Assembly (NCBI GenBank): GCA_907165135.1
Contig: OU015569.1
Coordinates: forward strand, 11,098,001-11,162,000
Direction of reading: 5' to 3'
From: Oikopleura dioica
Lineage: Eukaryota; Animalia; Chordata
DNA: 64,000 bases
Made by a program: the position numbers and the translations under genes
Shown: positions 58,693-64,000 of the stretch, piece after piece
Layout of the letters: each line of letters opens with the position of its first letter
Numbering within the stretch: position 1 is the first letter of the stretch
Notes under the pieces: generated by a model
Database searches by the model: none
Seen by the model: only the letters and a program-made list of their open reading frames with translations
Told to the model about the DNA's origin: nothing

Positions 58693-58797
58693 CGAAGCCG
58701 CTTAGCGCTCAGGTTTTTGAAAAAGCCGCTGCGCAGCTTTTCTTTAAAGATCTTTCAGACCCTGACTCAGGTTTTCTACACAGGTTGTCGAGCCCAG
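58693..58797. mobile_element. Right half of MITE family A
   Basis: AAAGCCGCTGCGC...CCCTGACTCAGGTTTTCTACACAGGTTGTCGAGCCCAG. Confidence 0.8.
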
Positions 58798-60185
58798 GAT
58801 CCATGATTGTCAGTGAAATATTCGAAAATGGGCCCAAGATTGTTTCTTACTGAAAATATTAAAAAGTAAGTCTTTGAGTGGTCGGTGTGCCTTTCTTGGT
58901 CTAAGTTGTTCTTTTAATAAAAAACTCTGAAGAGAATAGCTGAAGAAGCGCTTATTCCAAATTCAGAAAAGAAGACATGTTTCAAAGACAGATATCGAGA
59001 AAAAATTTGTTCACACGCTGTGAACAATTTTGCGAAATTGATTGATAAAAATTTAGTTATTGACTTAGAGACTTGGCCGATGGAGTTTGAATGAGTTGAT
59101 TGTAGTTTTATTTACACAAACAGTAGAAATATACGGGCTGCTGAGGGCTCAGTTCTCCAACTCTCGAGAGATGAGTCGCGAAGCTCCGACCGAATTAACG
59201 CTGAAAAAACTTAATCAGACAGGGTGAATTGGCAACAGTCAGCCGAGAAGTAGTAATTTGATCAATTTAGGCGGGAAAGGAAGAAGGATGAGCTCAGAAC
59301 GCCGACTACTCCGGGCGAGCCGAGAAGGGACCCTTTTCGGCCGCGGGTTAACACCGGCACGAGCATAGGCACAGGTCCCGACTGCTCCAGAGGTTCAGTG
59401 ACCAGCTTTAGGCAGAGGTGCAGCATCGTAAATCGGCTCGGCGGAAATATTTTTTCCAAAATCAAAGCTTTTATTTATTGCCTATAAATATCCGTTTTTA
59501 TTAATGATCCTTTTTGATTTACATCTCGTCATTTATTGATTATCGTAAAATCGTAAAATAAAAATAATCAAAAACATCAAAAGCTTGAATTCAAAGTTTT
59601 TCTTTAAAAGTTCACTTTTTCTTTCTTTTGATTAATCGAATATTGAGGCGCGTTAAATAATTAAATTCGAAAAGGAAATAAAAATGATTTGCACCTCTTT
59701 CAACTTGGGGTCGCAAAGATACCGCAACCAGTCGACTTTCGCTCCATGGAGTTTCAGCGTCAATGCAGAGCATGTCTCGCAAGGCCTACAACACGGTGTC
59801 CTCTTCCATGATTTCAATCAAGAAAGAGTTAGCGAGACTATTTTTTTCTCTGAAAAAAATGAAGAGTATTCATCAAGACTTTCTTTCATAAAAAATAAGG
59901 GTATCCACGAAGGTAAATGTCGTTAACTCTGTTCAAGGAAAATTATCACCACTCAAGACGAAGCGGTTCATTTTACGCGGTTGAAGATTTGCCCAAAACT
60001 GTTGGATCTAAGGGTCTTAAATAATCCCAGCTTATCAAGCGTTGGAAAAGTTAAAGATCCGAGTGAAAGAACAAGTGTTGATTTTGGAGTGATGCTCGGG
60101 TCAACCGTTTCGATCAGTGGACAAAAGCTGCGCGCGCCAATCGAGTAGGACAGCTTTACATTTATTCACTTTCAGAGCTTTCTAG

Positions 60186-63100
60186 CGTCGAATCTTCGGG
60201 GAGATGCATCGAGTGGGGTGCGCCGAGTTTGAAGGCGATCAGACGAAGAATCGGATGCGTTTTTATCATGGGCATTATTTGGAACTTGCTCTACGCAGCC
60301 CCGCTTTTTGGATTTTCCTCACTTCGGTACACTCACTTATCATTTTTGCTTGTTAATCATCATTGAAAATAAGGCCTGTTCTCCAGGAAGAAGGCTTCTT
60401 TTCTCACGTCTGCCGTGAAATGTGCGAAGATGCTATTAATCACGAGGAGTTTGGCTGTTATGATGGATTCGTTCAAAAGGCTTTGGGTCCAAAAAGAGAG
60501 TCGATTCTAAGTTCTAGTTGTTTATCTTTATGTTATTTACAATTTTCCACTTTTACGGTTGCATTTTATTTTATAGTCGGATGTATCATAAATTCTGATG
60601 GACCGGAAAGATGAATCAAAATGACAAGTACCGTAAGATATTTTCGTCGCAGCGTTAAAAACTCGTAAACTTACAACGAATTAAAAGCTTATCTAATATT
60701 TCACTTTCTCTCAATATTTTATTACGACAAAAGAAGAAGACCCAACTGAAAAGTATCCAAATGGAACTCGTTATCGCATGGCTTGCAAATTGCAAGAAGA
60801 CACGTTAAATCAGTACTATACGATTGGAACTTCGATTTTATCCGGCTCGACTATGCTTCTTGGAATAATTATGGACGCACATGGATCGAGAATACTAAGG
60901 AATGTTTTAGTCCACTCAATTTTTTTCAAACGATCGCGCTTTTCTAAAGCTAGAAAGAATAGTCGGAATGATCATGTTCCTGCTCTCCACAATAACCTTC
61001 ACTGCCATTTCATATTTCCCAGAAGATTTATCCTGGGTAGCGCATCATTCATTCGATTCTTCTCTTTCCATCCATTTTTAGCTTATGCTTCCAGCTGTGA
61101 TACTCAACGGTGTCGGCGGCATCACCATCGTTTTTACTTCATTTCAATTCGGCAATTTATTTTCCGCGGCAAGAAGCACTGTTATCGCTGTAATGATTGG
61201 TGAGAAAGCAAGTTTATTTTTTTAGCTGAGCTTGAAACTTTAGGATCGTACAATGCGTCGTCATTTGTTTACACGCTGTTCTTGAACTTGTATCGAATGG
61301 GCGTCAGTTTTCCCGTGCTGATGCTCGTTCACGGAGGGCTTTTATTCATCGCTCTTGTTGAGAGCTGGTTCAATGTTCCAGTAAAGCCGATTCCGACGCT
61401 AGAAGAGCAGAGGAGCAAAAAGTCTCCACCACGCACTTCTGTTCGGCGGCACACCACTGCTCTCGCTGTTCAGAATAACGCCTTTACGATTGAAGAAGAA
61501 AGTGATGTCAACGAGTCGAATGAAGGATCAAACACGGAAGTTACTGCTCAAAAACTGTGAGTTTTAGCTTCAGGTCATTCCAGCTTACTCTTTGATTTAG
61601 GAAGATACCTGCGCCTAGACGAGAGTCCATCTTTGCTGCGGCGGAGCAAAACCCACCGGTAAAAATCATGAGTTTTAGGTTAAGGATATAGCCGTTCTCA
61701 AGGCACTTTCGTAGCGCCAAAATGGGACGATAATTTTTTTTCATTCCAAGATAAATCTTACCTAAAATTATCCCTAGAATTCGATTATGGCATTTTTAAA
61801 AATTTTTTTCAAAGAAAATATCTCTCCCGAGCGATTTGAAATCTTAAGATCACTTTTTCTCGAAAATTTTCCATTAAATCGCTCAAACAAAACCGTGTTC
61901 TATAGTTAAAAACTGCTAATCTAACTTCCTAGGGCTTCAAAATCACAAAACTAGACTAAATTTACATTCTAGCGCCTTCTTCTTTTTGGCTTTTCTTTTT
62001 CATTAATGCTGCGTTCAGAGCCGTCGGCCAATCAGCGCGCTCTTTCCCATGCCCGCCTCACCGCGCGATGGAGGAGAGCGCCCAGCGCAGCAAACCAGAG
62101 CGCTGTCTGGCGCTTCAGCTTACTCAAGTAAGCCTCACAGAAATGGCTCTAAAACCATAAATATTGAGAATCTATTAAAACCGAGGCCCTAGGAATGTAG
62201 ACGAAGGTCTAAATTATTAATTTATCAAAAAAATTCGACCGATTTAATGGAAAATTCTTGAGAAAAAGTGATCGTAAGATATAAAAATGCTCTAGGGAGA
62301 AATTTTTTCGTTAAAAATTTAAAAATAACACTAGAATCGGATTTCTTAGACAATTTTAGGTAGGGTTCCTTTTGAAATCAAAGAATTTTATCGTCCCATT
62401 TCAGCGCTACGAAAGTGCCTTGAGAACGGCTATATGATATAGCCTATATCCTTAAGAAAATTAGTTTATAACACGATTTTTCTTGGCGTCTCTCGGTGGC
62501 GGCTTGGTTTGGTGGTCCAAGTCGAGGGCAAAACCCGAGCTATTCGCGATAAATCTTCACGTGTTGTTCGAATCGCAGTAGAGGCAGCCTCCATGCGATT
62601 AAAAACTGTTGATGGAGATTCACCAACTCCGGAGGTTCTTTCGAGTTCACCACGGTAGAGTACGGCCGACTCTAACCTTGCCCTGCTCGAAAGTTTTTAT
62701 CGAATTTATAACTTTTCTTGTCAAACACTTTTACTAGAGTTTTTTGGCAGTGATTATTTCTTGGCCCTGTCTTCTCTCATTGTTGACGATGTGCATCACT
62801 CAACTCCGAATCGTCATGTTCATCGGACAACTTGCTCTTTTCCTTAGGTTTCTTTCAAAAATATGGCCACTTTAAAAATTTTCAGATCGTCTCCTGACTT
62901 TACGGACGAAACTCCAGTCGTCGACCGAGAAGACAAAGTGACGTTTTACGTTACGATTTTTGGCTGGATGCAGCTTTTCTGTCTCCTCGTTGCTCCTGTC
63001 ATCGGAAACGTCCTCGACAAGAATCTGGAAATCTGCCGGGACGATCCAATCGCCGGCGTCAGAAGCAGAGATTCCAACTCGACCCAAGCGTTCAGAAGAG

Positions 63101-63650
63101 TCCAGGCGTTGCGCAACACCAGGAACGCCTATCTCATCACAGAGGTGATTTTTCAATGTCTTCCTTGACTTTTATCCTCTGAAGGCGTGCCTCCTCGCGA
63201 TTGGAATTCTGATGGTTCTTCCCATTCCAATCTGGGCGCAGTACATTACATTTTTACTCGTCACTTGGATTCGTACTTTTCTTCACTCTACTGCAGGTAT
63301 GAAGCGACTACTGTAAAAACCACAGTTAACTGTTTCCTTAGGTGGTCTTTATGTGAATGTGTTTCATTACGCTCATTTGGGAAAATTAACTGGCCTGGGC
63401 TCGATAGTTTCTGCGATCTTTTGCCTGCTCAATGATCCGCTCTTCAAAATTGTTAATAATATTCTCGACCAGGATCCTTTCTGGGTAAGTTGAAAAAAGT
63501 ACTTGTATGGCAAATCGCTCTTAGTTGAATATTCTGGTGCTGGTCCTGTCTTTGTTGGGCCTGCTGCTTCCTTTATATCTGACTCGATTTGCGAAGAAGG
63601 TTGAGAAGACGTTGAATGAAATTGATAAGAGCAATAAACTGTCGAAATAA
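60186..63650 (+). CDS. SLC43A-like: SLC43 (LAT3/LAT4-like) amino-acid transporter; 5' end unresolved
   Basis: APSLKAIRRR, LYAAPLFGFSSLRPVLQEEGFFSHVC, LGIIMDAHGSRILR, IFGWMQLFCLLVAPVIG. Stop at 63648-63650. Confidence 0.88.
61684..62451. mobile_element. ~770-bp TTAA-flanked foldback element in an SLC43 intron
   Basis: TTAA|GGATATAG ... CTATATCC|TTAA, inverted arms of ~200 bp and a GC-rich core. Confidence 0.85.
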
Positions 63651-64000
63651 ATAGAATTTCAAATTGACGAAATCTCGTCCGGGGAAATTTGGGGCGTTCT
63701 TCCCTCTTCAGCGGGATATCGTGCAAATACCGGCGGTTTTTGGATGGTTCGATATCTAAAAACCGCCACAGAAGTGGTTCTTTTCGTAAAACTTCGAATC
63801 AGAATGGTTTGATTAATGGAAATTCTATTTTCAGCTCCGAATTAGGCCTACTTATTAGAGCATAAAGCGCGCGCCCTCCCAACTTGCAGCGGAAGCAAAA
63901 TTTTTATTGGCTTATTGAAGATAAATATTGACAAATTTGAAATTTTTGAATAAAATTTGAGAGAAAATGGTCCGACATCTCGACGACTACATAACTTCTT

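Overview
Eukaryotic genomic DNA, very probably the appendicularian tunicate Oikopleura dioica. Evidence: an exact match to the 40-nt O. dioica spliced-leader exon (26188-26227, recalled from established knowledge), compact genes with many 35-100 nt introns, and repeated GA-AG introns. Genes reconstructed by hand: NUPR1/p8-like, a secreted Tyr/Lys/Pro/Thr-rich two-domain protein, an alpha9/10-like nicotinic receptor, a small secreted peptide, PDE1, a CUB-EGF membrane protein, a Cys-rich poly-Thr oikosin/mucin-like protein, an SL RNA gene, tRNA-Thr(CGT), a band 4.1/FERM protein, an F-box protein, a chymotrypsin-like protease, a Nav2-type (DEEA) four-domain channel and an SLC43 transporter. No autonomous transposase was seen, but several MITE/foldback families are present, along with six short interstitial TTAGGG tracts. 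Most notable: (1) a MITE with an 8-bp TSD inside a coding exon of the nicotinic receptor, whose ends offer in-frame cryptic splice pairs (candidate intron gain in progress); (2) a stand-alone SL RNA gene facing a tRNA with no linked 5S gene; (3) telomere seeds, some at MITE edges; (4) a 29-bp TTAA-bounded duplication around a nested element. Exon boundaries were read by eye and are approximate.
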